Shown here: piece by piece, positions 27,797 to 36,870 of the stretch | How the letters are laid out: the number at the start of each line of letters is the position of its first letter | How positions within the stretch are numbered: the stretch's first letter is position 1 | DNA from: a virus | Lineage: Duplodnaviria; Heunggongvirae; Uroviricota; Caudoviricetes | Direction: 5' to 3' (one strand) | IMG/VR virus record: IMGVR_UViG_3300033146_002139 | Location: 103,707-167,706 of that record | DNA: 64,000 nucleotides | Notes under the pieces: model-generated | What the model saw: only the letters and a program-made list of their open reading frames with translations | What the model was told of the DNA's origin: nothing | Database searches by the model: none | Position numbers and translations under genes: made by a program

Positions 27797-27825
27797 TTGA
27801 CAAATGAGAAAAAATTTTGTATATT
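27797..27825 (+). promoter_or_regulatory. sigma70-like promoter TTGACA-17-TATATT for the rightward block
   Basis: ttgacaaatgagaaaaaattttgtatatt lies 55 bp upstream of the TTG start at 27880 (RBS aagaggat). Confidence 0.55.
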
Positions 27826-27879
27826 GGTATCGTTGCCTAAAGAGCAATTTTTTATTTTAAAAACAATAAAGAGGATATT

Positions 27880-28476
27880 TTGAAAGGTTTCTACAAAAAG
27901 ATAAAAATCAACGGATTCGATACTAGAACAGGAGAGTTGTTAGATGGGAAGGAGGTTTTAATTCCTACCGATTGGCAAACAGAAGAACACTTAACAAAGA
28001 AGTGGGAGTTCGATAAAACATATGAAGTCGAACAAAAAAAAGCACGTAATTCTGAATTTCATAAAAAGTATATGGCTCTTGTTCGATTTGCACTAATAAA
28101 TTTACACGAGAGATATAGCAGGATTATTTCTGATTTTGATTCTTTACGAAACATTATAAAAATGGAGACAAGACATGTTGACTATGTGTGGACACTTCCA
28201 TCCAAGACTATAGTTTTTGACAGGGACTTATTTGTCTTAAATGTGAGTTCTAAAAGTGCACATACTTCAGAGGAGGTTATTAAGATTGCAGACGAATCTT
28301 ACAGTTCCAAGGAAGAAAGTAAAGTGTTAATGATACCTCGTTCCATAGCATTTAACAAAATGAAACAAGATGAATTCGAAGCTTTTTACAATAAGACTGT
28401 GGATATAGTCACACTTTTAATAAGAACAGACAAACAAACTTTACTTGATGAACTCGATGAGTTTAGAGGAGAATAA
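27880..28476 (+). CDS. hypothetical protein (TTG start)
   Basis: 198-aa ORF; first gene after the promoter; GAGG RBS. Confidence 0.5.
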   Translation: MKGFYKKIKINGFDTRTGELLDGKEVLIPTDWQTEEHLTKKWEFDKTYEVEQKKARNSEFHKKYMALVRFALINLHERYSRIISDFDSLRNIIKMETRHVDYVWTLPSKTIVFDRDLFVLNVSSKSAHTSEEVIKIADESYSSKEESKVLMIPRSIAFNKMKQDEFEAFYNKTVDIVTLLIRTDKQTLLDELDEFRGE

Positions 28477-28832
28477 TGAAGAGGTATACGGAAGTAACAA
28501 AAGAACAACTGATAAACAAATCAGACGAAGAAATAAAAGCTTTAGCTTACCTAGAGATGGCACATGAGGGAGTTAACTTAGACGATGAAGATACGCTTTC
28601 TAACATTATAAGAAAAATAAAAGCATCGCAGTCAGAAGCAAAAGCCCATAGTAACAGATATGTTGACATTGAGGATGTTTTTAAAAGATATCTTGTTATA
28701 GCCGAGGGAAATATTACTATTGCTAAAGATTTTTTTAGCAAAGCATATAAAAACCACAAAAACTACAAAGACTTAAAAGAACATATCTATAAAAACACAG
28801 AAAAAATCAAAAACTCTACAAAGGAGAAGTAA
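28476..28832 (+). CDS. hypothetical protein
   Basis: 118 aa; ATGA-coupled. Confidence 0.5.
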   Translation: MKRYTEVTKEQLINKSDEEIKALAYLEMAHEGVNLDDEDTLSNIIRKIKASQSEAKAHSNRYVDIEDVFKRYLVIAEGNITIAKDFFSKAYKNHKNYKDLKEHIYKNTEKIKNSTKEK

Positions 28833-29783
28833 ATGAGTGAAAAATGGTGGATTGAAACATCGCAAAAACTAAACGAGCCATTTCCTGAAAAGGATATCGA
28901 ATGGAGAGTTCAGCAGTCAGGTGAATACGGAGATTCAGTATGGGCTATGGTATTAGCTTATGTAACAAACAGGGCCATAATGGAAAGGCTTGATGATGTA
29001 TTCGGAATGGAGAATTGGCAAAATCACTTTTCGACAGGCCCTGGCGGTGGAATAGTGTGTGCTATCAGTGTCAGAAAGAATGACGAAAGCGAATGGATAA
29101 CAAAAGAAGATGGTGCTAGCAACACTGAGGTTGAAGCTGTAAAAGGTGGATTATCAGGAGCAATGAAAAGAGCAGGTGTGCAATTAGGAATAGGAAGATA
29201 CCTTTACAAGCTAGAATCTAATTTTGCAAAAACTTATGGAGGCAAGGACAAAAGTGCACCAAAAGGAGCTTTCAAGGCTAAGACTAAAAAAGGTACTCAA
29301 TTCAAATGGTCTGCACCTGAACTTCCAATTTGGGCATTACCCCCTATGACAGCAGGAGCTAAAACTCCAAAAGCAAAAGTAATACCAGCACCAGCAAAAA
29401 CACCTGTAGAAAAGTCAAAAGCTAAGCCAAATACAAAGGCAGAACCAAATACCGAAACAGAAAAGCCAAACAACGGAGAAAGACTTAAGAGTATCTTAGG
29501 AAAAGCAAACATCACCAACCAGGCTAAATTTCTAAAGGCTTTTAATGTGAATATTAAAAAAGCAAAAGAAATTGACGGATTGTTCACAGAAAAAATAACG
29601 GTAGGAGGAAAGGAAGCTGTTAAGATATTTCTATATGTAAAATATCATACAGTAGTAAGCGGAAAGGTTGATGATTTTGAGGATTATATGAGCAAGATGG
29701 ACCCAAATTCTGACCTTATGATTTCTCATATCGAAAAAGATGCGGAACTAGAAAAGTATTTAGCTTTTTATAAAAAATATTAA
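28833..29783 (+). CDS. Rad52/Sak-family single-strand annealing protein
   Basis: LSGAMKRAGVQLGIGRYLY (the Rad52-family GIGRYLY signature); Lys/Pro/Ala-rich low-complexity C-terminal region. Confidence 0.7.
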   Translation: MSEKWWIETSQKLNEPFPEKDIEWRVQQSGEYGDSVWAMVLAYVTNRAIMERLDDVFGMENWQNHFSTGPGGGIVCAISVRKNDESEWITKEDGASNTEVEAVKGGLSGAMKRAGVQLGIGRYLYKLESNFAKTYGGKDKSAPKGAFKAKTKKGTQFKWSAPELPIWALPPMTAGAKTPKAKVIPAPAKTPVEKSKAKPNTKAEPNTETEKPNNGERLKSILGKANITNQAKFLKAFNVNIKKAKEIDGLFTEKITVGGKEAVKIFLYVKYHTVVSGKVDDFEDYMSKMDPNSDLMISHIEKDAELEKYLAFYKKY

Positions 29784-29797
29784 ATAGGAGAATTAAA

Positions 29798-30133
29798 ATG
29801 AGACACACAACAAGAGATGGGCAAGTTATGCTTATAGCGGAAATGACCGATAAGCACCTTAAAAACACCATAAGTCTTTATATAGACAGCCTTGGACATG
29901 CAAAGAATGTTATCAACGGAAAGACTGATACCTTTCAAAATAAGCTTGTAGGAAATAGAGATTCTAAAGTTGATGCCGAAAGATTTGTAGACGGCTATAA
30001 CAACTTATTCCCAAGCTATATATTTGAGGCGGTACTAAGAGGAGTTGATATTGAGAAGTATATGAAAAAAGTAAGAAAACTTCACGATAGAGATTCTCAA
30101 TTAGCCGCAATGATAGAGCTTCCAGCTCCGTAA
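29798..30133 (+). CDS. hypothetical protein
   Basis: 111-aa ORF with an AGGAG RBS. Confidence 0.5.
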   Translation: MRHTTRDGQVMLIAEMTDKHLKNTISLYIDSLGHAKNVINGKTDTFQNKLVGNRDSKVDAERFVDGYNNLFPSYIFEAVLRGVDIEKYMKKVRKLHDRDSQLAAMIELPAP

Positions 30134-30145
30134 CAATTAAACAGT

Positions 30146-30254
30146 AATCGTATAGCATCAAGTGGTAGAGCAAGTTGCTTATTAAATGATTTGAAAAATC
30201 GTCCAATTGCGGATTATCAGCTAAGGGTTGCAGGTTCGAGTCCTGTTGCGATTA
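30146..30254 (+). tRNA. tRNA-like element of atypical length (about 109 nt): acceptor pairing, D-arm-like GCAT-CAAGTGGTA-GAGC, GAA anticodon-loop-like hairpin, canonical T-arm GCAGG-TTCGAGT-CCTGT
   Basis: AATCGTA (30146-52) pairs with TGCGATT (30247-53). The T-loop GGTTCGAGTCC is present. The hairpin ATGAT-TTGAAAA-ATCGT (30186-30202) mimics a Phe anticodon loop. The spacing does not fit a standard cloverleaf. Confidence 0.35.
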
Positions 30255-30271
30255 CTTTATAAGGGAAAAAT

Positions 30272-31210
30272 ATGACAGAAAAAAAACTACCCAAAGGTTT
30301 GACTTTTGACGCAGATACTCACACATATCTTGAGAACGATATACCCGTAACTTCAGTAACTCAATTTTTGGGGGATTTGGGGTTCGGGCCTCAAGGTGGG
30401 TTTACTAGCGAAGCTATGCAAAAAGGAGCCAATACAGGGAATATAGTTCATAAAGATTATGAAAATTGGGGAATTGCAAATAGCAGAGTAACCACAGAAG
30501 GATATGAGGGTTACGGAGATGCTTTTGAAAGATTCTTGGCAGACCACGATGTTAAGTTTGTGCATACAGAAAGAGTTATGGTCGGAGATTTATTCGGAGT
30601 GAGAATAGCCGGAACAGTAGACTTAATAGCTACAGTAGATGGAGAGCTTTGTATTATAGACTATAAGACATCAAAAACTATACAAAAGTATTATGCTTTA
30701 CAGTTGGTTATGTATGCTATGTTATTCGGAAATCCAAACATGCCGAAGTATGTACTAAAAGTGATGGCAAACGGACAGTATGCATTTGTTAATGCGGAAA
30801 CGATAATGCCTAACTGCGGAAATATAACTGGAGATGCTTTTAAAGCTTTTTTGGCAAATGAAGAGTTTAAGATTTACAAAAAATTTGAAAAAGAAAAACT
30901 ATCAAAAAAATGGTTTGACTTGAAAATGAAAGAGGAAAAACTTAAAAAACAAATATCTTCAGCAGAAACATACCTCAAAAAAGCAATAGACTATCCGTCA
31001 GGAGGAGATAAGTATTTCACGTACTCATACAAACGTCCTTCTATAACGGAAAAATTTGAGCTCCCTAAATTTATTGCCGATATAAATAGTGGAGAACTAT
31101 ATACTGGGAGTGAAATTTTTAAAATGATTGGAGAGCACTCTACAGTATCAATTGGAAAATCTTCTTCATTTTCGTTTAAAAAGGTAAAACAAGAGGAACC
31201 TGATGAATGA
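30272..31210 (+). CDS. PD-(D/E)XK exonuclease (RecB/Cas4-like fold, no Fe-S cluster)
   Basis: GTVDLIATVDGELCIIDYKTSK (D...ExK) and YALQLVMYA (QxxxY). Confidence 0.65.
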   Translation: MTEKKLPKGLTFDADTHTYLENDIPVTSVTQFLGDLGFGPQGGFTSEAMQKGANTGNIVHKDYENWGIANSRVTTEGYEGYGDAFERFLADHDVKFVHTERVMVGDLFGVRIAGTVDLIATVDGELCIIDYKTSKTIQKYYALQLVMYAMLFGNPNMPKYVLKVMANGQYAFVNAETIMPNCGNITGDAFKAFLANEEFKIYKKFEKEKLSKKWFDLKMKEEKLKKQISSAETYLKKAIDYPSGGDKYFTYSYKRPSITEKFELPKFIADINSGELYTGSEIFKMIGEHSTVSIGKSSSFSFKKVKQEEPDE

Positions 31211-31586
31211 CCGAAACATTTTTCAAATAAACTTAGAGATTGATAATCGTGGTTACACAAACGAGCACTTTGAAAAAAATTTTAAAATTAACAGTGCGAA
31301 ACGCAGAATCGTAGCAGAGTTTAATCAAATCCTCTTAGATAAGCTTGAAAACGGAGGTCTCAGCATTACTAAAACGGACAGTTATCGAGGCGAGACTACT
31401 CTAATTTCAGCAAAACTATTCATAGCAACAGAAAGAGAAATGCGAGACTCAGGGCGATATGTAGAGATAAATACCACAATCAAAAGCTTTGACGAGGCTG
31501 ATTACGAAAGGCTAAAAGATGTAGAGGCTAAGAACGAAGATAATTACAATATCGACGAATATTTAAGAAAAAAAGCAAAGGGATAA
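31203..31586 (+). CDS. hypothetical protein
   Basis: 127-aa ORF. Confidence 0.5.
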   Translation: MNDRNIFQINLEIDNRGYTNEHFEKNFKINSAKRRIVAEFNQILLDKLENGGLSITKTDSYRGETTLISAKLFIATEREMRDSGRYVEINTTIKSFDEADYERLKDVEAKNEDNYNIDEYLRKKAKG

Positions 31587-31588
31587 TT

Positions 31589-31921
31589 ATGAGCAATAAT
31601 TGTGAGAACTGTTTAAAATTACATCCCAATAAAAAAGGATGCGGAAAGTACAACAAATTCCCTAAAAAATTCGATATTACAAAAGAGTTGTGTGATGACT
31701 TTAAGATTAAAAATGCTAATACTATCTTGTCGCCATTCAAGGCAATTGTCTATGTAATAATGTTTTTCATACTTTACGGAATAATGATACCGTTAAGTAT
31801 TGGTGGGCGAAATTTCGCTGCAATGCTCTTTACTGGATTATTAGGAGTTGCAGGTGGAGTTTTTATAGTTAAAAAACTATTTAAAATAATGGAAAGAAAC
31901 GAAAACAAAAAGGAGAACTAA
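31589..31921 (+). CDS. small membrane protein with N-terminal Cys cluster
   Basis: CENCLKLHPNKKGCGKY followed by two TM helices. Confidence 0.5.
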   Translation: MSNNCENCLKLHPNKKGCGKYNKFPKKFDITKELCDDFKIKNANTILSPFKAIVYVIMFFILYGIMIPLSIGGRNFAAMLFTGLLGVAGGVFIVKKLFKIMERNENKKEN

Positions 31922-31923
31922 AG

Positions 31924-33147
31924 ATGAAAGGAATGAGTAATTTAAAGATTCAAGTTAGTGCTATTGTAGGAGTAGTTTTATTCGCAATAGTAGGTTTTAT
32001 GTCAAGCGAGATAGTTGAAACAAACTACAATGGATACTACCAAATAAAGCAAGCCGCAGTTACAGGAAGTATGTCTGTAATTAATGAACCCGGCCTTTAT
32101 ATGCAAAATTTTGGAGATATACATACATATCAAATATCTGATATGGTATACTTCTCTAAACGTTCAGAGGAAGGTGGAGATGGCATTACAGCAGAGCCTA
32201 TACAAGTAAGATATAATGATGGAGCTCAAGCTATTATCTCAGGAAGTGTAAAATTTAAACTATCTCAAAAAGAAGAGAATGAACTGGAATTGCACAAAGA
32301 TTTTAAGAGTTACGAGTCAGTGCGAAGTGATTTAGTTAGACAGGTTATGGTAGAAGCTTTAATGCAAACAGCAACTCTAATGAAAGCTGAAGAGTGCTAC
32401 AGTACTAGAAGAGCAGAATTTACAGCACTGTCGGAAGCTCAAATTAAAAACGGTATATATGAAACAATTTCGATAGAAAAAGAATTTACAGACGCTCAAG
32501 GGCAAAAGTTTATAAAAAGAGAAGTTATAGTAAAGTTAGACAAGGATGGACATCCAATAGTAAGAAAGATATCTCCATTCGCAAGATACGGAATAACAAT
32601 CCTTCAATTTGTCGTAAAGGAAATTGACTACGAAAAAACAATTGATGAGCTCATATCTAAGAAAAAGAAAGCAGAACAGCAAAAAGTAGTCGCTAAGGCA
32701 AACGCAGAAAAAGCAAAACAAGATGCAATTACAGCACTAGAACAGGGAAAAGCAGACATAGCTAAGGCTAAGGCAACAGAAGAAGTTGAGAAGATAAAAG
32801 CAGTTACTCAAGCAAATAAAGAAAAAGAAGTTGCAGAACTTAAAGCTGAAAAAGAATTTAACATAGCAAAGTTTGAAGCAAAACAAGCAAAAGAAGTTGC
32901 AAAGAAAATCAGAGAAGAGGGTAAGGCTCAGGCAGATGCAGATAGATTTAAAGTAATTGCGGGATTAAGCCCGCAAGAGGCAGCGGAATGGAAGTATAAG
33001 ACAGCCGTTGGAGTTGCAGAGAAATTAGCAGGAGTTAATGTTCCATCTATAGTAATAGGTGGCGGTAAAGGAGGTGCAGGTGCTAACCCACTAGAAATGA
33101 TTGGGGTTAATATGCTGCTTGATATTAAAAAGAAACTAGAGAACTAA
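31924..33147 (+). CDS. SPFH/band-7 (prohibitin/flotillin-like) membrane protein with long coiled-coil tail
   Basis: N-terminal TM, then an SPFH-like core (AEPIQVRYNDGAQAIISGSVKFKL...), then a KAEKAKQ-rich coiled coil. Confidence 0.65.
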   Translation: MKGMSNLKIQVSAIVGVVLFAIVGFMSSEIVETNYNGYYQIKQAAVTGSMSVINEPGLYMQNFGDIHTYQISDMVYFSKRSEEGGDGITAEPIQVRYNDGAQAIISGSVKFKLSQKEENELELHKDFKSYESVRSDLVRQVMVEALMQTATLMKAEECYSTRRAEFTALSEAQIKNGIYETISIEKEFTDAQGQKFIKREVIVKLDKDGHPIVRKISPFARYGITILQFVVKEIDYEKTIDELISKKKKAEQQKVVAKANAEKAKQDAITALEQGKADIAKAKATEEVEKIKAVTQANKEKEVAELKAEKEFNIAKFEAKQAKEVAKKIREEGKAQADADRFKVIAGLSPQEAAEWKYKTAVGVAEKLAGVNVPSIVIGGGKGGAGANPLEMIGVNMLLDIKKKLEN

Positions 33148-33215
33148 GACAGTTTAACTGTCTTAGTGTCCGAGTAAAGTGTCTTATTATGCGAATTTCG
33201 TGTAACTAAGACACT
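33144..33215. terminator. tandem hairpins built from four alternating copies of TAAGACA; possible terminator/operator
   Basis: CTAAGACAG-tttaa-CTGTCTTAG (33144-33166) and AGTGTCTTA-18 nt-TAAGACACT (33179-33215) lie immediately after the stop of the SPFH gene. Confidence 0.4.
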
Positions 33216-33236
33216 TGCCAGGACATTAGGAGGATT

Positions 33237-33698
33237 ATGGAAATAATTATTACAGTATTATTAGCATACATAAGTTATTTATATTATAAACTAGCGACAG
33301 GGCTGAAGCAAAACAACACATACAAAATGCTGTTTGACGAAATAACAAAATCCAAAGTAGATAAAGATGGTAATATAGAAATGTCCAACCAAGTACTAGA
33401 AGTGCTGATGTCTAATTACTTTTGGGATTTATTCGAAAAAGCCAAAGCTACAGATTTGGTATCTATCAAGTTAAGCGCTTCTAATCAATTAAAACCGGTA
33501 TTAGTAGTAAATGTTCACAAAGAAACAGGAAAAGCTCCAGTAGAGATATTAAAAAAATATTCAGAGATATTTGGAAGGATTGAGCAAATAAAAGTAAGAG
33601 AGGTATTATCAGGAATTAAACTTAGAGACCTAAAAATCCAAGAGCAAGTTTCTTTTGACGACGACAAAGAGTATATATTTTCTATAACGGAGAGATAA
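33237..33698 (+). CDS. hypothetical membrane-anchored protein
   Basis: N-terminal TM IIITVLLAYISYLYY; AGGAGG RBS. Confidence 0.5.
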   Translation: MEIIITVLLAYISYLYYKLATGLKQNNTYKMLFDEITKSKVDKDGNIEMSNQVLEVLMSNYFWDLFEKAKATDLVSIKLSASNQLKPVLVVNVHKETGKAPVEILKKYSEIFGRIEQIKVREVLSGIKLRDLKIQEQVSFDDDKEYIFSITER

Positions 33699-34213
33699 TG
33701 AAAAAAACTATAGTTTGCATTATAGGCGAGAGCGGCTCAGGGAAGACTACTTTTGCGGAATATACTAAAAACAAACATAACGTCAATATGATAGAAAGTT
33801 ATACTGATAGAGAAAAGAGAACCCCGGACGAAATAGGACATACATTTCTTTCTAAAAAAGAATTCGATAATTTACACCACGAGGATATGATAGCTTTTAC
33901 GGAATTTGGAGGCAAAAGATACTGTTGTTTGCATTCTCAAGTTGAGGATTTATGCACCTATGTTATAGATGAATTTGGACTGGGGATGCTTCAGCGACTA
34001 TACAGCCTAAAGTATAACCTTGTTTCCGTAAGACTTATTCGTCCTGTTTTTACAAGAAAGGAGCATGTGGGGCAAGACAGGATTGACAGAGACGTGGGGA
34101 AATTTGGGACACCTTTGGAAAAATTTGATTATATAGTAGAATCTCTGGCTCTTGATGATTTACATAAAGATGCTGACAGAATAATCCTTGACATAAAACG
34201 AAACAATGAATGA
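33698..34213 (+). CDS. guanylate-kinase-like nucleoside monophosphate kinase
   Basis: P-loop IIGESGSGKTT; ESYTDREKRTPDEIGHTFLSKKEF parallels the guanylate-kinase TTRPPRxGExDGxDYxFVSxEEF motif. Confidence 0.55.
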   Translation: MKKTIVCIIGESGSGKTTFAEYTKNKHNVNMIESYTDREKRTPDEIGHTFLSKKEFDNLHHEDMIAFTEFGGKRYCCLHSQVEDLCTYVIDEFGLGMLQRLYSLKYNLVSVRLIRPVFTRKEHVGQDRIDRDVGKFGTPLEKFDYIVESLALDDLHKDADRIILDIKRNNE

Positions 34214-34280
34214 TAAAGACTACAATACTAAGCAAAACAGCGATAATGTATAGCATATCATACATTAAGGAGTTTATAGG

Positions 34281-34520
34281 ATGAGAAAAACAAAAGCCGA
34301 AAATATTAAGCAAATGAAGAAAATAGATTGCAAAAAGTTCGGAGATAGGGACGATGAACATACAATAACAGTAAAAGATAGACACACATCGTTTCAAAGG
34401 TGGAATATGGAGAAGCTACACTTATCTAAGTCAAGTGAAGTTTATAGGCTATTAAAAAAAGCTACTAAAGCAGAATTTGATAATATGCGTGCAACAAATA
34501 GAGGTATTTATGAACAATGA
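34281..34520 (+). CDS. hypothetical protein
   Basis: 79-aa ORF with a GGAG RBS. Confidence 0.45.
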   Translation: MRKTKAENIKQMKKIDCKKFGDRDDEHTITVKDRHTSFQRWNMEKLHLSKSSEVYRLLKKATKAEFDNMRATNRGIYEQ

Positions 34521-34785
34521 AAAAATGAGAGACGAACTTCTTACGGAAATGTTTAAGATGGTTGACCTTACGTACAATGCGAAAGAAAACAGAAATAGAA
34601 ATGAGAATTGGTTTGCAGAGCATTCATGGACCGAAGCTCAACAAAAATTATTTACCGATTTTGGCGTTGCATTGCTGAGGAAAAAGAAGCGACTTACAAA
34701 AAGAGCCGCTGAAAAAGGAATGTCTTGGTTTATACTTGGCTACGGATGGAAGGTTGAATATAAGGAGCAAGAATGTATAAAATAA
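34510..34785 (+). CDS. hypothetical protein
   Basis: ATG at 34510 (MNNEKMRDELL...), chosen as the likelier start than the track's 34477. Confidence 0.4.
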   Translation: MNNEKMRDELLTEMFKMVDLTYNAKENRNRNENWFAEHSWTEAQQKLFTDFGVALLRKKKRLTKRAAEKGMSWFILGYGWKVEYKEQECIK

Positions 34786-35345
34786 TTATTTGGATTTCAG
34801 GTATTTTGCTTTGCTCATTTATGGCAGTAAATATACTTATTCCTATAGATAGGACTGAAAAAAAAGACAGCCAAAAGAAAGGCTCAATAGATTACACTAA
34901 GTATTCAGAGGAAGAATCACTAACAAAAGAGACACTGTTTCTTGGAGACACGATACCGATAGACACTTCTATTATGGACACTGTGTATGTAATAGACAGT
35001 AATCAACTAAAAACACACATGACATATGGAACACTATCTGTAACAGATATAGAGAAAAAGGATGGCTTTATATATCTTACAGCAGACAAGGTAGATTATA
35101 AGATTCCATTGGACAAATATAACAACATTCCAGATTACAGGAAAACCATAAAAGTTTTTGAAAGGAATGGGATATACAAAGTAATTAATATGCGAGATTC
35201 TAGCGATGTATTCGCTAAAAGGCGGAGCACAAGCAAGCAAGAAGCAATAAGAGATGCTCAGTATGCTATGGAATACTACTTGCTAGAAAGAATAAAAGAG
35301 TATGAATATGAAGCCACCATAGATGATTGGAGGATTATAGAATGA
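34773..35345 (+). CDS. hypothetical membrane-anchored protein
   Basis: N-terminal TM IIIWISGILLCSFMAVNILI. Confidence 0.5.
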   Translation: MYKIIIWISGILLCSFMAVNILIPIDRTEKKDSQKKGSIDYTKYSEEESLTKETLFLGDTIPIDTSIMDTVYVIDSNQLKTHMTYGTLSVTDIEKKDGFIYLTADKVDYKIPLDKYNNIPDYRKTIKVFERNGIYKVINMRDSSDVFAKRRSTSKQEAIRDAQYAMEYYLLERIKEYEYEATIDDWRIIE

Positions 35346-35539
35346 ATCAATATGATGTTTATTTTACGATATTTGGTAAGAAGTTAAAAGTACAAATTGA
35401 TGCTAATAGCGAGCAAAATGCTATACAAACTATTAAAGATAAAATTGTTTTTAATAAGATAAAAAAAATAAAAACCAACCCTTTTGAAGAAGGCAAGGAA
35501 ATATTTGAAAAAATGTTTGGGTCTAAACCGGAGATATAA
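35327..35539 (+). CDS. hypothetical protein
   Basis: 70 aa. Confidence 0.45.
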   Translation: MEDYRMNQYDVYFTIFGKKLKVQIDANSEQNAIQTIKDKIVFNKIKKIKTNPFEEGKEIFEKMFGSKPEI

Positions 35540-35935
35540 ATGATTGAATTTAAAGATAAGTACGGTTCTGTAATAACAACTAATCAAGGAAATATAACTA
35601 TTAAAGACTATAAGAGAGATTCTATAGTAGAGATAATTGGAACAAAATCCATGTTTAAGGTATCGCAAGAAACTATTGAGGATATCTTACTTCAAATAAA
35701 AAAAGAAGAGGATAAAGATGGGGATTTCCTTTTATCTACAATGCCAGGTGTTTTAGTACAAGTGCTCCAGGAAGTCAAAAAAGGACAAAATATTGACAAA
35801 AAAGTTCAGCACATCGAAAGAAGAGACTACTTAACTTATTTAGATAAAAAAAGCGGCTTGTCAGAATCCGAAGCAAAAGAATTCGACTATCTAAATTGGT
35901 GGGTTCCAAATAAAAGATGGGAACATTACGAATAG
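35540..35935 (+). CDS. hypothetical protein
   Basis: 131 aa; ATGA-type coupling. Confidence 0.5.
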   Translation: MIEFKDKYGSVITTNQGNITIKDYKRDSIVEIIGTKSMFKVSQETIEDILLQIKKEEDKDGDFLLSTMPGVLVQVLQEVKKGQNIDKKVQHIERRDYLTYLDKKSGLSESEAKEFDYLNWWVPNKRWEHYE

Positions 35936-36504
35936 GAGCTACGATGAATATAATAATGATAGAAGATACTGTCTCCGGATACAAACACAGAACAATGGAA
36001 AATGCAAGTGCAGACGTTACTATAGCTATAGCAGCTGATTTCAATACCGCAGGAGAAAAGCTAACAAAAAAATCTGTTAAAGAACAGGGAAAGCTCTTTA
36101 TTCCATTAAAATTTGAACCTCTAAGAGCGGAGGAACAGGCTAACTATGTTATAAGCAAGATAAAGAACTATGAAGAAACTCTAAAAGATAGGGTTAAAAG
36201 TTTAAATATTGCTGGAAATGGAATATACACAATCGCAAAGCACAACCATGTTACTCAATTTCATATTGATGCTTATTTGTACGACCTGCTTAAAATAATA
36301 CTTCCCAAAACAAAGGTAGTACTAGTTCGTTCAGGAGGACAATCCGGAGTTGACGAAGCAGGAGTTAAAGCATCGTCACTACTTGGGGTAAGTTCATTAG
36401 TATTGGCACCAAAAGGGTGGAAATTTAGAGACTTGCTTAACAGAGATTTTAGTGACAAATTGGCTTTTAAGCATAGGTTTATGCTTTATGTAGGAGAACA
36501 GTAG
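35917..36504 (+). CDS. hypothetical protein, possible SLOG/DprA-like Rossmann domain
   Basis: VVLVRSGGQSGVDEAGVKAS resembles the DprA/Smf-type G-x-x-G-x-D-x-A Rossmann-like motif. Confidence 0.45.
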   Translation: MGTLRIGATMNIIMIEDTVSGYKHRTMENASADVTIAIAADFNTAGEKLTKKSVKEQGKLFIPLKFEPLRAEEQANYVISKIKNYEETLKDRVKSLNIAGNGIYTIAKHNHVTQFHIDAYLYDLLKIILPKTKVVLVRSGGQSGVDEAGVKASSLLGVSSLVLAPKGWKFRDLLNRDFSDKLAFKHRFMLYVGEQ

Positions 36505-36870
36505 ATGAAAAATAGAGCAATGAGAATTGGTACAATGTATTTGGAAGTGGGAAGCCTAAACAGTCTTGATATTAAGGTTCTAGGAGAAAGTCGAGGGTTT
36601 ATTGGAACTGTTAGTTTTGATGGAGAATGTCATATTCTATGCACAAGTATTTTCGTGTCAAATTATGAGTATTGGATTGAGCAAGGCAGAAAGACGGACG
36701 ATACTACAACTATACACTGGAAAGGAAAAGACTATGCCATTATAGATAGTGTTTTGAGATGCTTAACAGACAGCACAAATGTATACGACTTTGGAACCTC
36801 TTCTGCAAATGATGCGTGCACCGATAACAACATAATGAGGATGAAATCTGGAAAGCCAATTTTATTTTAG
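36505..36870 (+). CDS. hypothetical protein
   Basis: 121 aa. Confidence 0.5.
   Translation: MKNRAMRIGTMYLEVGSLNSLDIKVLGESRGFIGTVSFDGECHILCTSIFVSNYEYWIEQGRKTDDTTTIHWKGKDYAIIDSVLRCLTDSTNVYDFGTSSANDACTDNNIMRMKSGKPILF

Noticed and set aside
30146-30254. Integrase-linked attP interpretation as the primary call
   Set aside because: No tyrosine or serine integrase gene is visible anywhere in the window. It is kept only as one of several possibilities for the tRNA-like element.
33698-34213. Polynucleotide kinase (Pnk-like) call for the P-loop protein, which would complete an RNA-repair trio
   Set aside because: The motif after the P-loop (SYTDREKRTPDEIGHTFLSKKEF) matches guanylate-kinase-type NMP kinases much better than the T4 Pnk kinase domain, so it is annotated as an NMP kinase.
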